From Kiritimatiellia bacterium (lineage in GTDB: Bacteria; Verrucomicrobiota; Kiritimatiellia; UBA8416; JBFIFS01), in the NCBI GenBank assembly GCA_041602695.1, contig JBFIFS010000004.1:4240-68239 (forward strand): a DNA stretch of 64,000 bases, read 5' to 3'. A program made the translations under genes and the position numbers. Under the pieces are notes generated by a model. That model had not been told where the DNA came from. It searched no databases and was given only the letters and a program-made list of their open reading frames with translations. Positions 29,257-38,950 of the stretch are shown here, in pieces. Position 1 is the stretch's first letter; each line of letters begins with the position of its first letter.

Positions 29257-29667
29257 GTGAGTTCACTTGAGGAAACAGAAGAGCTGAAACTGGATTTTGG
29301 CAAGATAGCTTCAATAGCAGAGAAATGCAGCGATGTGATCCCTGTAGCGGTACAGAACGCCGACACAAAGGAAGTAATACTTGTTGCATACACCAACGAG
29401 AAGGCCATGAAGGCTTCGATTGAATCCCGGTCACTCGTACTCTGGAGCACATCCCGTAACGAGCTGTGGGCCAAAGGCGCTACATCAGGGGAGACTTTTG
29501 ACCTTCTCGAGGCATACGTCAATTGCGAACAGAATTCGCTGCTCTATATAGTCCGGCCCAGGCGCGGCGGCATCTGCCACACGAAGAACTCGTCCGGCGA
29601 GCCGAGAGACTGCTACTACAGGAAGATACGCTTCGACTCTATGGAGCTGGAAAACGTAAATCCTTGA
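29257..29667 (+). CDS. hisI: phosphoribosyl-AMP cyclohydrolase
   Basis: HisI-like core (LVLWSTSRNELWAKGATSGETFDL...VNCEQNSLLYIV...ICHT). GTG start at 29257 behind a GGGAGA RBS. Confidence 0.8.
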   Translation: MSSLEETEELKLDFGKIASIAEKCSDVIPVAVQNADTKEVILVAYTNEKAMKASIESRSLVLWSTSRNELWAKGATSGETFDLLEAYVNCEQNSLLYIVRPRRGGICHTKNSSGEPRDCYYRKIRFDSMELENVNP

Positions 29668-29668
29668 T

Positions 29669-30304
29669 ATGAAGCTGCGGTGCCCATACTGCAAACACCT
29701 CATCGAAGGCGATCCCAAGCCACAGTGTCCCAGCTGCGGCAAGACGATGATGCTCCCTGACCGCCTGCTTAGGTCTGACAAAAAGGAGGCCAGGCGGAAA
29801 AGGGAGGCCATTGCCAGAGATGCCGAACTGAAGAAAAAGGCCATGGGACTCGGTGAATTCAAGGTCGGGGGAAAGCCTTCGGGCGTAATATTTGCCGTGG
29901 CCCTTCTGTCATTCGCCGGAATTCTGCTTATAAGCAGGGCGAAAGCTCCATCAAAAGCTACAGGAATTCGTACACGCGAGGATAAGGCCTTACAGGACTT
30001 GGGCGTCTTAAGCATCGCGCTGAACCGCTTCCGGTCTGACTGCGGAAGATATCCGACGACAGAGGAGGGACTGAAGGCCCTAATAGTCAATCCCGGCATT
30101 ACAAACTGGCCCAAATCATACGTAAATCTGATCAGGCCGGATCCATGGCGCCAGCATTATTTCTACGCAAGCTCGAATGAAACCTATGCACTCTTTTCAG
30201 CCGGTCCGGACAAGACCCTCTATACCGAGGACGATGTTTACCCGCCCCTTACGATGAATCCCGAAAGAGAAGCACAACCAGAAGCAACGGGCGCCCGGGA
30301 GTAA
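29669..30304 (+). CDS. zinc-ribbon / TM / type II secretion pseudopilin G-like domain protein
   Basis: N-terminus CPYCKHLIEGDPKPQCPSCG, a basic linker and one TM. The C-terminal domain resembles GspG (LGVLSIALNRFRSDCGRYPTTEEGLKALI...PDPWRQHYFY...LFSAGPD). Confidence 0.7.
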   Translation: MKLRCPYCKHLIEGDPKPQCPSCGKTMMLPDRLLRSDKKEARRKREAIARDAELKKKAMGLGEFKVGGKPSGVIFAVALLSFAGILLISRAKAPSKATGIRTREDKALQDLGVLSIALNRFRSDCGRYPTTEEGLKALIVNPGITNWPKSYVNLIRPDPWRQHYFYASSNETYALFSAGPDKTLYTEDDVYPPLTMNPEREAQPEATGARE

Positions 30305-30309
30305 TTGAC

Positions 30310-31146
30310 TCAATCCCCTGACGCAAGGGCGGCTACGATCTCTCTGATTTCCTCTGCAAAAGATTCCGGCGCCTCAACGTGCCCCCACCCCAAAGTCTGC
30401 TGAAATATGCCGTCGTAGGCGGAATCCCTGTAACTTCGGATGACATGAGGAATTCCCTTGTCCGAAAGCTCTTCATTTACCCTGTTGGCGAACAGCTCGC
30501 CCTTAAGCTCGACTATTTTCACATATTCGGCTTCTTCACCAGGCTGGTCAGGACCGTCCAGTCCGAGCAGGGCGCTCCACTCCTCAACGGCCGCGGCCAA
30601 CGCGTTGGCCCTGTGCGAAATAGAGTTTTTCTCTTCAGGCGCCATCTCGGCGAATGTCCGGGTTTCTCCCTGCGGAATGAACAGAGGGTCATAACCAAAA
30701 CCTTCATCTCCACGCTCGCGGTCCGCTATTACGCCATCCACAGTGCCGCGTACCGTCCGGCAGTTACCCTCGGGATCACACAGGGCTATCACGCAAACAA
30801 ACCTGGCAGAGCGATCCTGTTTGCCCTCAAGCTCCTTCAGCAGCTTGATATTGTTGGCTTTGTAGTCCGCTGGCTCGCCCGCATACCTGGCGGAAAACAC
30901 CCCCGGCGCGCCATCCAGAGCATCCACCTCAAGGCCCGAGTCGTCAGCCATCGTCCACATACCCGAAAACTCGGCGAGCTCGACAGCCTTCTTGACCGCG
31001 TTTGCTTCAAAAGTATCACCGTCCTCTATTACCTCTGGAGGCGACTCAAGCTCCACTGATGAAAGAAGCGTCAGGCCTGGATCGGACAACACATCCCTGA
31101 TCTCGTGCAGTTTATGGCGATTCGTGGTTGCTACCAGTATTTGCAT
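30310..31146 (-). CDS. rdgB: dITP/XTP pyrophosphatase (RdgB/HAM1) with extra ~75 aa C-terminal DUF2007-like domain
   Basis: MQILVATTNRHKLHEI, GFGYDPLFIP and SHRANA motifs. These are followed by a C-terminal segment (YVKIVELKGELFANRVNEELSDKGIPHVIRS...). Confidence 0.85.
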   Translation of the reverse strand: MQILVATTNRHKLHEIRDVLSDPGLTLLSSVELESPPEVIEDGDTFEANAVKKAVELAEFSGMWTMADDSGLEVDALDGAPGVFSARYAGEPADYKANNIKLLKELEGKQDRSARFVCVIALCDPEGNCRTVRGTVDGVIADRERGDEGFGYDPLFIPQGETRTFAEMAPEEKNSISHRANALAAAVEEWSALLGLDGPDQPGEEAEYVKIVELKGELFANRVNEELSDKGIPHVIRSYRDSAYDGIFQQTLGWGHVEAPESFAEEIREIVAALASGD

Positions 31147-31200
31147 TTTTACCCCCTTTTTCAGATATTACACAATGCTTCTCACCGGGGCAATGGGCAG

Positions 31201-31229
31201 TTGACATATTGTGTCGAATGTCATATTTT
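31201..31229 (+). promoter_or_regulatory. candidate sigma-70 promoter for tRNA-Met
   Basis: TTGACA-N17-TATTTT, ending 14 nt before the tRNA 5' end. Confidence 0.5.
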
Positions 31230-31242
31230 ATGCGGTCTTTCT

Positions 31243-31319
31243 GGCGGCGTAGCTCAGTTGGTCAGAGCAGAGGAATCATAATCCTCGTGTCCGGGGTTCA
31301 AATCCCTGCGCCGCCACCA
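31243..31319 (+). tRNA. tRNA with CAT anticodon (elongator Met, or Ile2 if lysidine-modified), CCA encoded
   Basis: Acceptor GGCGGCG/CGCCGCC, D-arm GCTCAGTTGGTCAGAGC and anticodon arm GAGGA-ATCATAA-TCCTC. The G1-C72 pair and the lack of a GGG/CCC anticodon stem argue against an initiator. Confidence 0.85.
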
Positions 31320-31469
31320 CTCGATCCGCTCGTTTCGTTCGCTTGCTCATGGCAGCCCATTTTGCGAGTCGAATGCCCTGAGCCTGTCGAGCGGTAAAAT
31401 TCCCCCACCTGTCATTGATTCTTATTCACGTTCCCCTTATTCTGTGTGAGTTCAAAATCAGGAGCCTTC

Positions 31470-32270
31470 ATGACACGCTTGCAGCCCAAATCCATCGCAG
31501 TTCTTCTGTTTCCGGCTATCACCCTCATTGCAGCCGAAGAATCACAGCTCTACACACAGACGGGAACGGATCCATCTTTCCAATCACTGCTGGAAGCCGG
31601 GGCTTTCCCTGTCGGGAAGAACTCGACTGGCGGAGTCAGGGGCTCGAAAATAGACGTAAATAACAAGCTCGTTGAAAAGAGTGTCGATGCCGGCACTCCT
31701 ATTCCAAAAAACATCAGCATACATACCCTTTGCAACAGCCTGATCAGGCGCAAGGACTTCATTAAATGGACGAGGTGGTATCAGGAAGATGGAAACACCC
31801 AGGTTTTCCGCCTGTTCAAGGATGAGCGTAATGTGAGAAACGATCGCGCCAATGCGGCACGCATCGAGGCGTTCAGCTCCTTGAAATGGGGCAAAGGCGA
31901 CTGGCACGAATGGGAAGGCACCTACACAATTGTCAAGCCGCACGCATGCGCGATCTTCCAGGCCAAGAACAATAAGAATGACTGGAGCGTTATGATAAAC
32001 CTGGGCGATGACGGCAGCATCACGCTCAACCATCGCAGGCATCAGGATGACAAGGTCATCGCCGAAAAAATGACAGGGAAGAGCTTCCGCTTGAAAGTCA
32101 GGGACAATGGGCATGACTACGAGGTCTATTTCAACGGCCAGAAGGTTGGCGCGGGCCGCTACGCAAGACCTGAAGGACACACTTGTTTCAGGTGGGGAAT
32201 GTATGTCGGCGGCAAAACACTGGTTACACATGACGCGATGATCCTCGTATCCGGCGCCACGTTCAAATAA
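31470..32270 (+). CDS. secreted concanavalin-A-like jelly-roll protein, PL7/alginate-lyase-2-like
   Basis: ATG 31470 behind an AGGAG RBS and a signal peptide. Spaced motifs ARIEAF, IFQAKN and FRWGMYVG are reminiscent of the PL7 RxE / Q.H / YFKAGxY blocks. Confidence 0.45.
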   Translation: MTRLQPKSIAVLLFPAITLIAAEESQLYTQTGTDPSFQSLLEAGAFPVGKNSTGGVRGSKIDVNNKLVEKSVDAGTPIPKNISIHTLCNSLIRRKDFIKWTRWYQEDGNTQVFRLFKDERNVRNDRANAARIEAFSSLKWGKGDWHEWEGTYTIVKPHACAIFQAKNNKNDWSVMINLGDDGSITLNHRRHQDDKVIAEKMTGKSFRLKVRDNGHDYEVYFNGQKVGAGRYARPEGHTCFRWGMYVGGKTLVTHDAMILVSGATFK

Positions 32271-32351
32271 CCGGCCCGCGGCCCGTCAACACTTGCATCG
32301 CCTTATGGAATCTGTTAAGCACTACGCTTTGGTGTGAACGGCTCAGTGACT

Positions 32352-33224
32352 ATGAAAATTAATCCAGACGCAGAAATATTTATACCGAACGGCGCCGGGG
32401 CAGACGAAGCCCTCTCCCAGACAACTCATCTGGGCATAGGCGCACACCAGGACGATCTCGAGATCCTTGCACTTCATGGGGTACTGCAAGGCCTCAAGTC
32501 TAATAACAGTTTCTTTTCCGGGATTACATGCACCGACGGTGCGGGAAGTCCCAGGGCGGGCAAATTTGCGGATGTCAGCGATGCAGAAATGAAGGAGATT
32601 CGACTGGAAGAGCAGAGGCAGGCCGCATCAAAAGGCGAGTACTCCGCTATGATCCAGCTTAAGCACCCAAGCTCAGTGGTGAAAGACCCAGCCAGCACAA
32701 CACTCGCTGATGAACTGGAGAGCATTCTTCTGGCTGCGTGTCCATCGGTCGTCTACACACATAATCTGGCTGACAAACACAGCACGCATGTGGCTGTTTC
32801 TACCGCGGTGATAGAGGCAATGCGCCGCCTCCCTGATGACAGGAGGCCAAAACAATTGTACGGAGTAGAAGTCTGGCGCACCCTCGACTGGCTCCCTGAT
32901 GAAAAAAAGGTGCTTCTCGACCTGTCAGGTGCAGAAGAACTGGCGCTGTCCCTCATCGGCCTCTACGAATCACAGATAGCTGGCGGAAAGCGCTATGATG
33001 AGGCAACGGTAGGCCGCTGGCGGGCAAACGCCACCTATTTCGAGAGCCACGGCACTGACATGTACACGCTCGTGGCATATGCGATGGACCTCTCCCCCCT
33101 GGTCCTCAACAAGAACCTCAGTGTTACCTCTTTCATGAGCAGCCTGCTGGATGAATTCAGGCAGGATGTCCTTGATACGCTTGCAGTCCATGCAGGCAGG
33201 ACCAATGACACCCCGATCCAATGA
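32352..33224 (+). CDS. PIG-L/LmbE-family N-acetylglucosaminyl deacetylase
   Basis: LGIGAHQDDLEI (an AHPDD-type zinc motif) and a downstream HxxH-like H..TH..V. Confidence 0.65.
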   Translation: MKINPDAEIFIPNGAGADEALSQTTHLGIGAHQDDLEILALHGVLQGLKSNNSFFSGITCTDGAGSPRAGKFADVSDAEMKEIRLEEQRQAASKGEYSAMIQLKHPSSVVKDPASTTLADELESILLAACPSVVYTHNLADKHSTHVAVSTAVIEAMRRLPDDRRPKQLYGVEVWRTLDWLPDEKKVLLDLSGAEELALSLIGLYESQIAGGKRYDEATVGRWRANATYFESHGTDMYTLVAYAMDLSPLVLNKNLSVTSFMSSLLDEFRQDVLDTLAVHAGRTNDTPIQ

Positions 33225-33284
33225 ACAGGACCGCACTCCCACATGCTTTTTGGAACTATTAGGAAACAGCCGTAGAGGACAGCC

Positions 33285-34055
33285 ATGGAAGTCACAATTA
33301 AACCCGACGCAGAGACCGCAACACATCTGACTGCCAAGCTTATCGCCAATCAGGTGCGCGAGAACCCGGAGCTGGTCCTTGGCCTTGCTACCGGACGCAC
33401 GATGGAGGGCGTCTATGCCGAACTGGCACGAATGCATACTGAAGACGGCCTTGATTTCTCAGGGGTAAAGACGTTCAATCTTGATGAATATGCCGGCCTT
33501 CCTGCGAGTGATCCGTGCTCCTACCGCTACTACATGAACGAACACCTGTTCTCCAGGATCAACATAGACCTGGCGAACACACACCTTCCGGACGGAACAG
33601 CATCTGATATTATTGCCGAATGCGCCCGGTATGAAGAAGCCATCGCGTCCTGCGGCGGCATAGATTTGCAGCTGCTGGGAATAGGTGCATCGGGACATAT
33701 CGGATTCAACGAGCCTCTCTCTTCGCTTCACTCCCGAACGCGGGAGCAGGTTCTTGCACCCGAAACGATCGAGCAAAACTCTCCATTATTCCCATCACCG
33801 GAGCAAATGCCCTCCCGGGGAATAACCATGGGTGTTGCAACCATACTGGAAAGCAAGAATGCGGTGCTGCTTGCAATCGGCAGGGGCAAGGCCGAAATCC
33901 TTGCCAAGGCAGTCGAGGGCCCCGTCACTTCGATGATCTCGGCCTCGGCGCTGCAGTTCCATGAATCCTGCAGGATCATTGTTGACGAGGAGGCCGCAGC
34001 GCAGCTGGCGGGCCGTGAACACTATAGGCGGATGTTTGACAATCCGGCTCTTTAG
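33285..34055 (+). CDS. nagB: glucosamine-6-phosphate deaminase
   Basis: LGLATGRT, FNLDEY and GIGASGHIGFNEP motifs. Confidence 0.92.
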   Translation: MEVTIKPDAETATHLTAKLIANQVRENPELVLGLATGRTMEGVYAELARMHTEDGLDFSGVKTFNLDEYAGLPASDPCSYRYYMNEHLFSRINIDLANTHLPDGTASDIIAECARYEEAIASCGGIDLQLLGIGASGHIGFNEPLSSLHSRTREQVLAPETIEQNSPLFPSPEQMPSRGITMGVATILESKNAVLLAIGRGKAEILAKAVEGPVTSMISASALQFHESCRIIVDEEAAAQLAGREHYRRMFDNPAL

Positions 34056-34096
34056 AGGGAGCCAAAGCCGCCAGGCCGGACAGGCGCAGGGACATT

Positions 34097-34681
34097 ATGC
34101 ACGGACTTGACCACTTAATAGGCAACCGCAGCCAGATAATGGTCCTCCGCGCGCTTTACCACACAGAGGAGCCATTGACCGGCAGAGCTGTCGAAAGGGC
34201 TACCGGCCTGTCAAACCGTGCGACCATGAATGCCCTCGAGGCGTTGACTGACGCGAAAGCTGTGCACCAGGCAAAGGAAAACAGCCGCTACCTTTATACT
34301 CTAAACACAGACAACTATCTTGTCTGGCGCGCGCTGAGACCGGCGTTCGACGCCGAAGAATTGTTCTGGGCAGACCTCGCCAAGACCATCCAGCGCACCG
34401 TGCGCCCGAAACCCGTGGCTGCAATTGCAACCGGGCCGCTCGCCCGTGAGGAAACTTCATACGGAGGAAGAATCACATTGACCATGCTTTTCAACACCAA
34501 GACCGACCGGATAAAATGCCTTGGCGCTGTATCCCGGCTGGCGGAGCGATTGCGCGAGCGTTACGACCTGACCATGGAGCACCATCTGCTCGACATGAAC
34601 ACAATGGACCGTAAAGAATATGAGCCGCTCTGGCGAAGGGTGGAAAAAGAGGGTATCCTCCTCTTCGGCGCCCTGCCCTGA
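34097..34681 (+). CDS. winged-helix protein with a degenerate nucleotidyltransferase-like C-terminal domain
   Basis: N-terminal MarR/wHTH-like region (IMVLRALYHTEEPLTGRAVERATGLSNRATMNALEAL). The later segment TGPLAREETSYGGRITLTMLF resembles the GS.ARGE..DIDL NTase motif without its Asp residues. Confidence 0.4.
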   Translation: MHGLDHLIGNRSQIMVLRALYHTEEPLTGRAVERATGLSNRATMNALEALTDAKAVHQAKENSRYLYTLNTDNYLVWRALRPAFDAEELFWADLAKTIQRTVRPKPVAAIATGPLAREETSYGGRITLTMLFNTKTDRIKCLGAVSRLAERLRERYDLTMEHHLLDMNTMDRKEYEPLWRRVEKEGILLFGALP

Positions 34682-34693
34682 CCAACCGGTTGC

Positions 34694-35929
34694 CTAGACC
34701 TTCTTGAACGCCAGGCAGGCGTTGTGCCCGCCAAATCCAAGCGAGTTCTTCAGCACGCCCCTGATCTCCATTTCCCTGCTCTCGTTCGGAACGTAGTCCA
34801 GGTCACAGGCAGGATCGGGGGTCGTATAGTTGATTGTCGGCGGCGCGATACCGTCCCTGATTGCGAGCGCGCACACAACTGACTCAAGGCCCGCTGCAGC
34901 GCCCAGAAGGTGACCTGTCATCGACTTGAGCGAGCTGACGCAAGTCTTCCTCGCATTGTCCTCACCAAGGGCCAGCTTTATCGCAGCGGTTTCCGTCTTG
35001 TCGTTCAGCTGCGTGCTCGTCCCGTGCGCGTTGATATAGTCAATGTCCTCAGGATTCAGCCCGGCATCAGCCATCGCTTTCTTCAGCGCTATGGCAGCGC
35101 CTGAACCGTCCTCGGCCGGAGCGGTAATATGATAGGCGTCGCAGGAATGCCCTGCCCCCGCCAGTTCACAGTAGATTTTCGCGCCGCGAGCCACAGCATG
35201 CTCATACTCTTCAAGTACAAGCATCGCAGCACCGTCAGCAATTACGAATCCGCTTCGATCGGCGTCAAACGGCCTGCTCGCATGCTCGGGGTCGTCGTTC
35301 CTTGTGCAAAGCGCCCTGAGCGCGCAGAAACCGGCCACACCCAGCGTGCAAACGGAGGCCTCCGCGCCGCCTGACATCATGATGTCCGTTTCGCCACTCT
35401 GGATGCAGCGCATCGCGTTCGTCAGCGAGTGCGCCGCCGATGCACAGGCGGATACAGCGCTGTAATTCGGGCCCTGCATTCCAAGCTCAATAGCGACGAG
35501 GCCGCCGCAGATGTTCGAAATCATATGCGGAATCATGAACGGCGAACATTTTCCGGGCCCCTTCTCCAGAAGGATCTTGTGCTGGGCCTCGAGCGTCTGC
35601 AGCCCGCCAACACCTGAACCGAGAATCACGCCCGCGCGGGTCGGATCTTCCTTCGACATGTCCAGGCCGGAATCTTCAAATGCTTTCTTTGAAGCGGCTA
35701 TACCGAAGATGGAATACTCGTCCATTCGGCGCTGTTCCTTCTTCGGAACATATGGGTCAGGATCAAAACCCGAGACCTCGCCCGCTATCTTACTGGCGTA
35801 GTCGGTGGTATCAAACTTGGTTATCATGCCGACACCGGACTTACCTGCCTTCACGCTCTCCCAAAAACCCTCAAGCTCACACCCAAGCGGTGAGACAACG
35901 CCCATACCAGTTATAACTACTCTCTTCAT
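34694..35929 (-). CDS. fabF: beta-ketoacyl-ACP synthase II
   Basis: MKRVVITGMGVVSPLG start, active-site ACASAAHS, HGTST and GHLLGAAG. Confidence 0.95.
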   Translation of the reverse strand: MKRVVITGMGVVSPLGCELEGFWESVKAGKSGVGMITKFDTTDYASKIAGEVSGFDPDPYVPKKEQRRMDEYSIFGIAASKKAFEDSGLDMSKEDPTRAGVILGSGVGGLQTLEAQHKILLEKGPGKCSPFMIPHMISNICGGLVAIELGMQGPNYSAVSACASAAHSLTNAMRCIQSGETDIMMSGGAEASVCTLGVAGFCALRALCTRNDDPEHASRPFDADRSGFVIADGAAMLVLEEYEHAVARGAKIYCELAGAGHSCDAYHITAPAEDGSGAAIALKKAMADAGLNPEDIDYINAHGTSTQLNDKTETAAIKLALGEDNARKTCVSSLKSMTGHLLGAAAGLESVVCALAIRDGIAPPTINYTTPDPACDLDYVPNESREMEIRGVLKNSLGFGGHNACLAFKKV

Positions 35930-36004
35930 GAATCTTGACCTGATCAAAAATTGATAAAAAAATACCGCCGGGAGCCAAGAGGCCCCCGACGGCGACAAAA
36001 CACA

Positions 36005-36244
36005 TTACGCGTCAAAGCCTTTTTCCTTGAGATACTCGATAACGGCACCAACGCTGGTGAGCTTCTCGGCATCTTCATCAGGAATCTCGGCTCCAAAAGC
36101 CTCTTCAAAAGCCATCACGAGCTCAACTGTGTCCAGGGAGTCTGCTCCGAGGTCTTCGATGAACGATGCACCAGCAACTACCTGCTCTGCGTTGACACCC
36201 AGCTGTTCGACTATTATGTCTTTGACTTTATCTTCAAGCGCCAT
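36005..36244 (-). CDS. acpP: acyl carrier protein
   Basis: [12 protein letters not shown] phosphopantetheine-attachment motif; 79 aa. Confidence 0.95.
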   Translation of the reverse strand: MALEDKVKDIIVEQLGVNAEQVVAGASFIEDLGADSLDTVELVMAFEEAFGAEIPDEDAEKLTSVGAVIEYLKEKGFDA

Positions 36245-36257
36245 CTGTGTACTCCTT

Positions 36258-36995
36258 TCACATTACCATACCGCCGCTAATCGTAAGGACCTGACCGGTC
36301 ATATACGAGGCAGCATCGCTTGCTAGAAACGTTACCACTCTAGCCACATCCGCCGGCGAACCGAATCGCTTCATTGGTATGGCATCAAGCATCTTCTGCC
36401 TGACATCTTCAGGCAAAACTTCTGTCATTTTTGTTTCAATGAAACCCGGGGCCACGGCATTCACCCTTATGCCCCTCGCAGCCAACTCCTTGGCGCTGGA
36501 CTTAGTGAGGGCTATAACTCCGGCTTTCGACGCGGAATAATTACACTGACCGGCATTGCCGATCAAGCCAATTATAGACGCGATATTTACGATTGCACCG
36601 GACCTGGCCTTCATCATCGGTTTAGTCACCGCACGCGTAAAGAGAAACGTTCCGCGCAGATTCACGTTAATCACTGCATCCCAGTCTTCATCAGACATGC
36701 GCATCAGGAATGTATCCTTAGTGATCCCGGCGTTGTTAACGACGACGTCGATCTTCCCGAATTTACCGATGACGTCTGATACAGCGGCATTAACCGCGCC
36801 AGAATCGCTGACGTCGACGCTGAAGCATTCAACCTTCCGTCCAATCTTCTTCACGGCCTCGGCCGTCTCTTCAAGCCATTCAGCCTTGAGGTCACAAAGT
36901 GCGATATCAGCCCCGGCTGTTGCCAGCTCCTCGGCTATAGCACGCCCTATTCCGCGGGCAGCTCCAGTTACAATTGCTACTTTACCTTCTAACAT
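36258..36995 (-). CDS. fabG: 3-oxoacyl-ACP reductase
   Basis: [16 protein letters not shown] and YSASKAG motifs of SDR/FabG. Confidence 0.93.
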   Translation of the reverse strand: MLEGKVAIVTGAARGIGRAIAEELATAGADIALCDLKAEWLEETAEAVKKIGRKVECFSVDVSDSGAVNAAVSDVIGKFGKIDVVVNNAGITKDTFLMRMSDEDWDAVINVNLRGTFLFTRAVTKPMMKARSGAIVNIASIIGLIGNAGQCNYSASKAGVIALTKSSAKELAARGIRVNAVAPGFIETKMTEVLPEDVRQKMLDAIPMKRFGSPADVARVVTFLASDAASYMTGQVLTISGGMVM

Positions 36996-37022
36996 CTTAT
37001 CTCCCGAATTCGCCTCGCCTTG

Positions 37023-37949
37023 TCAGCCCGATATGGCTTCGGAGGCTTTATCAAGTGTCACCTTGTCCTGTATGTTATTAAGTACCGCCCCACTGTCAAT
37101 CCGCTTTATCAGGCCGGAAAGCACCTTGCCAGGCCCAAGTTCCAGGTATTCCGAAGCGCCATTGCCCTTAAGCCACTCAATGCATTCAAGCCAGCGCACA
37201 GAACAGTGAACCTGCCTGATCATGGCGTCCTTGATCTCCTCCGGTCCCGCATGCGGCTTTCCGTCAGCATTCGATAGCACTGTCTCTGCCGGCGCGCTGA
37301 TCTCCACGCCATTAAGGAACTCACCCAGTTTGTCAGCAGCAGACTTCATGAGTGAAGAGTGAAACGCTCCTGCAACGTTGAGGACGATTGCCCTCTTGGC
37401 CCCGGCTTCCGTAGCAAGCTTTTCCGCGTCAGCGATGCCGCTCTTAGGACCCGAAAGTACGGTCTGGGCCGATGAGTTGAGGTTGGCCACCTCCACGCCG
37501 GCCTTTTCCGCTATCTCTCTGCACTGGTCGACTGTAAGCCCGATAACACTCAACATGCCCCCTTCAGTCTGCTCACAGGCTTCCTGCACGTAGCTGCCCC
37601 TGGCTTCCAGGACTTTGAGAGTAGACTCAAACGTCAAGGCGCCGGCAGCGCAGAGGGCAGACCACTCACCGAGGCTGAGGCCCGCAACAGCGATGCGCTC
37701 TGGCGCGCCCGACTGAATCTCCAGCGCCTTCAGGCAGGCCATACTGGTCACGAATATAGCCGGCTGGCAGTTATTGCTCTTCGTAAGTTCCTCTTCGGGC
37801 CCCTCAAAACAGATCTGCGACAGGCCCCTTCCAAGGACCTCGTCAGCCTGGCTGTAAAGAGCCTTTACTTCAGGATAGGCCTCACTGAGGTCCTTTCCCA
37901 TTCCAACAAATTGCGCGCCCTGTCCGGCGAATACCAATGCTCGTGCCAT
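37023..37949 (-). CDS. fabD: malonyl-CoA:ACP transacylase
   Basis: FAGQGAQ and GLSLGEWSA motifs. An alternative ATG at 37964 would overlap the fabH 3' end. Confidence 0.92.
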   Translation of the reverse strand: MARALVFAGQGAQFVGMGKDLSEAYPEVKALYSQADEVLGRGLSQICFEGPEEELTKSNNCQPAIFVTSMACLKALEIQSGAPERIAVAGLSLGEWSALCAAGALTFESTLKVLEARGSYVQEACEQTEGGMLSVIGLTVDQCREIAEKAGVEVANLNSSAQTVLSGPKSGIADAEKLATEAGAKRAIVLNVAGAFHSSLMKSAADKLGEFLNGVEISAPAETVLSNADGKPHAGPEEIKDAMIRQVHCSVRWLECIEWLKGNGASEYLELGPGKVLSGLIKRIDSGAVLNNIQDKVTLDKASEAISG

Positions 37950-37951
37950 TG

Positions 37952-38938
37952 TTATTTCCCCCACTCCATCGCTGCGGCACCCCAGGTGAACCCGCCACCG
38001 AATGCTACGAACAGCAGTTTATCTCCATTTTCAATAATGCCGCCTTTAACGGCTTCATCCAGCGCAACCGGAATTGATGCGCCGGAAATATTCCCAACCC
38101 GCGAAAGGTTGACGTAAAACTTATCAATATCGACTTCAAGCCGGTCGCCAATTGCCTGGATGATTCGCATATTGGCCTGGTGAGGAATGATGCATTTGAC
38201 CTCTTCAATTCTTATCCCTGCGTTTGCCAAAGCCGTCTTCCCCGCATCGCACATGCAGCGGACAGCATGCTTAAAGACTTCGCGCCCTGCCATATTGATG
38301 AAATGCTGCCTCGCCTCAACCGTCTCCGCCGAACTGGGGGCCTTGGAACCGCCGGCAGGTATCTTCAGGAGGTCCGCGAGCGAACCGTCGGAGCCCATTA
38401 CGATAGACTTGATACCCGCATCGCCTTCACCTTCCCTTAGGACAACGGCACCGGCGCCGTCACCGAAGAGCACGCAAGTTGCCCTGTCTTCCCAGTCGGT
38501 AAAAGAACTGAGTTTTTCCGCACCTATGACAAGCACTGTCTTCGCCGTGCCCGCAAGAATGTAGTTCTTTGCTGTTTCAAGAGCGTAGAGGAAACCCGAA
38601 CACGCGGCTTCGATATCAAAACAAAAAGCGTTCTTCGCTCCTATCTGGTCCTGGATAAAACACGCGGTGTTCGGCATCATCATGTCTGGCGTGACCGTCG
38701 CACACAGGATCATGTCCACCTCGTCGGCAGCCACTCCGGCGTCTTCCAGCGCCCTGAGAGCAGCCTTGCTGCCCAGGTTGGACGTCGTCTCGCCCTCAGC
38801 CGCAATGTGCCGCTCGCTGATCCCCGTACGAGTCATGATCCACTCATCACTCGTATCGACCATCTCCTCCAGATCTGCGTTGGTAAGTATCTTTTCCGGT
38901 AAATACATGCCGGTGCCGGCAATTGATATCCTCTTCAT
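37952..38938 (-). CDS. fabH: beta-ketoacyl-ACP synthase III
   Basis: AACSGF active-site Cys, HQAN and GGGFTWGA. Confidence 0.95.
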   Translation of the reverse strand: MKRISIAGTGMYLPEKILTNADLEEMVDTSDEWIMTRTGISERHIAAEGETTSNLGSKAALRALEDAGVAADEVDMILCATVTPDMMMPNTACFIQDQIGAKNAFCFDIEAACSGFLYALETAKNYILAGTAKTVLVIGAEKLSSFTDWEDRATCVLFGDGAGAVVLREGEGDAGIKSIVMGSDGSLADLLKIPAGGSKAPSSAETVEARQHFINMAGREVFKHAVRCMCDAGKTALANAGIRIEEVKCIIPHQANMRIIQAIGDRLEVDIDKFYVNLSRVGNISGASIPVALDEAVKGGIIENGDKLLFVAFGGGFTWGAAAMEWGK

Positions 38939-38950
38939 CTTCCGTCCGCC

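Noticed and set aside
31320-31469. Possible integration scar or ncRNA downstream of tRNA-Met (7-bp inverted repeat CCGCTCG...CGAGCGG ~55 nt apart)
   Set aside because: There is no integrase, no direct repeat of the tRNA 3' end and no compositional break. The short repeat is too weak to support a call.
33425-33440. TGGCAC hexamer within nagB (similar hexamers occur at ~1441 and ~31903)
   Set aside because: None has a GC dinucleotide at the correct -12 spacing, and all lie inside CDSs.
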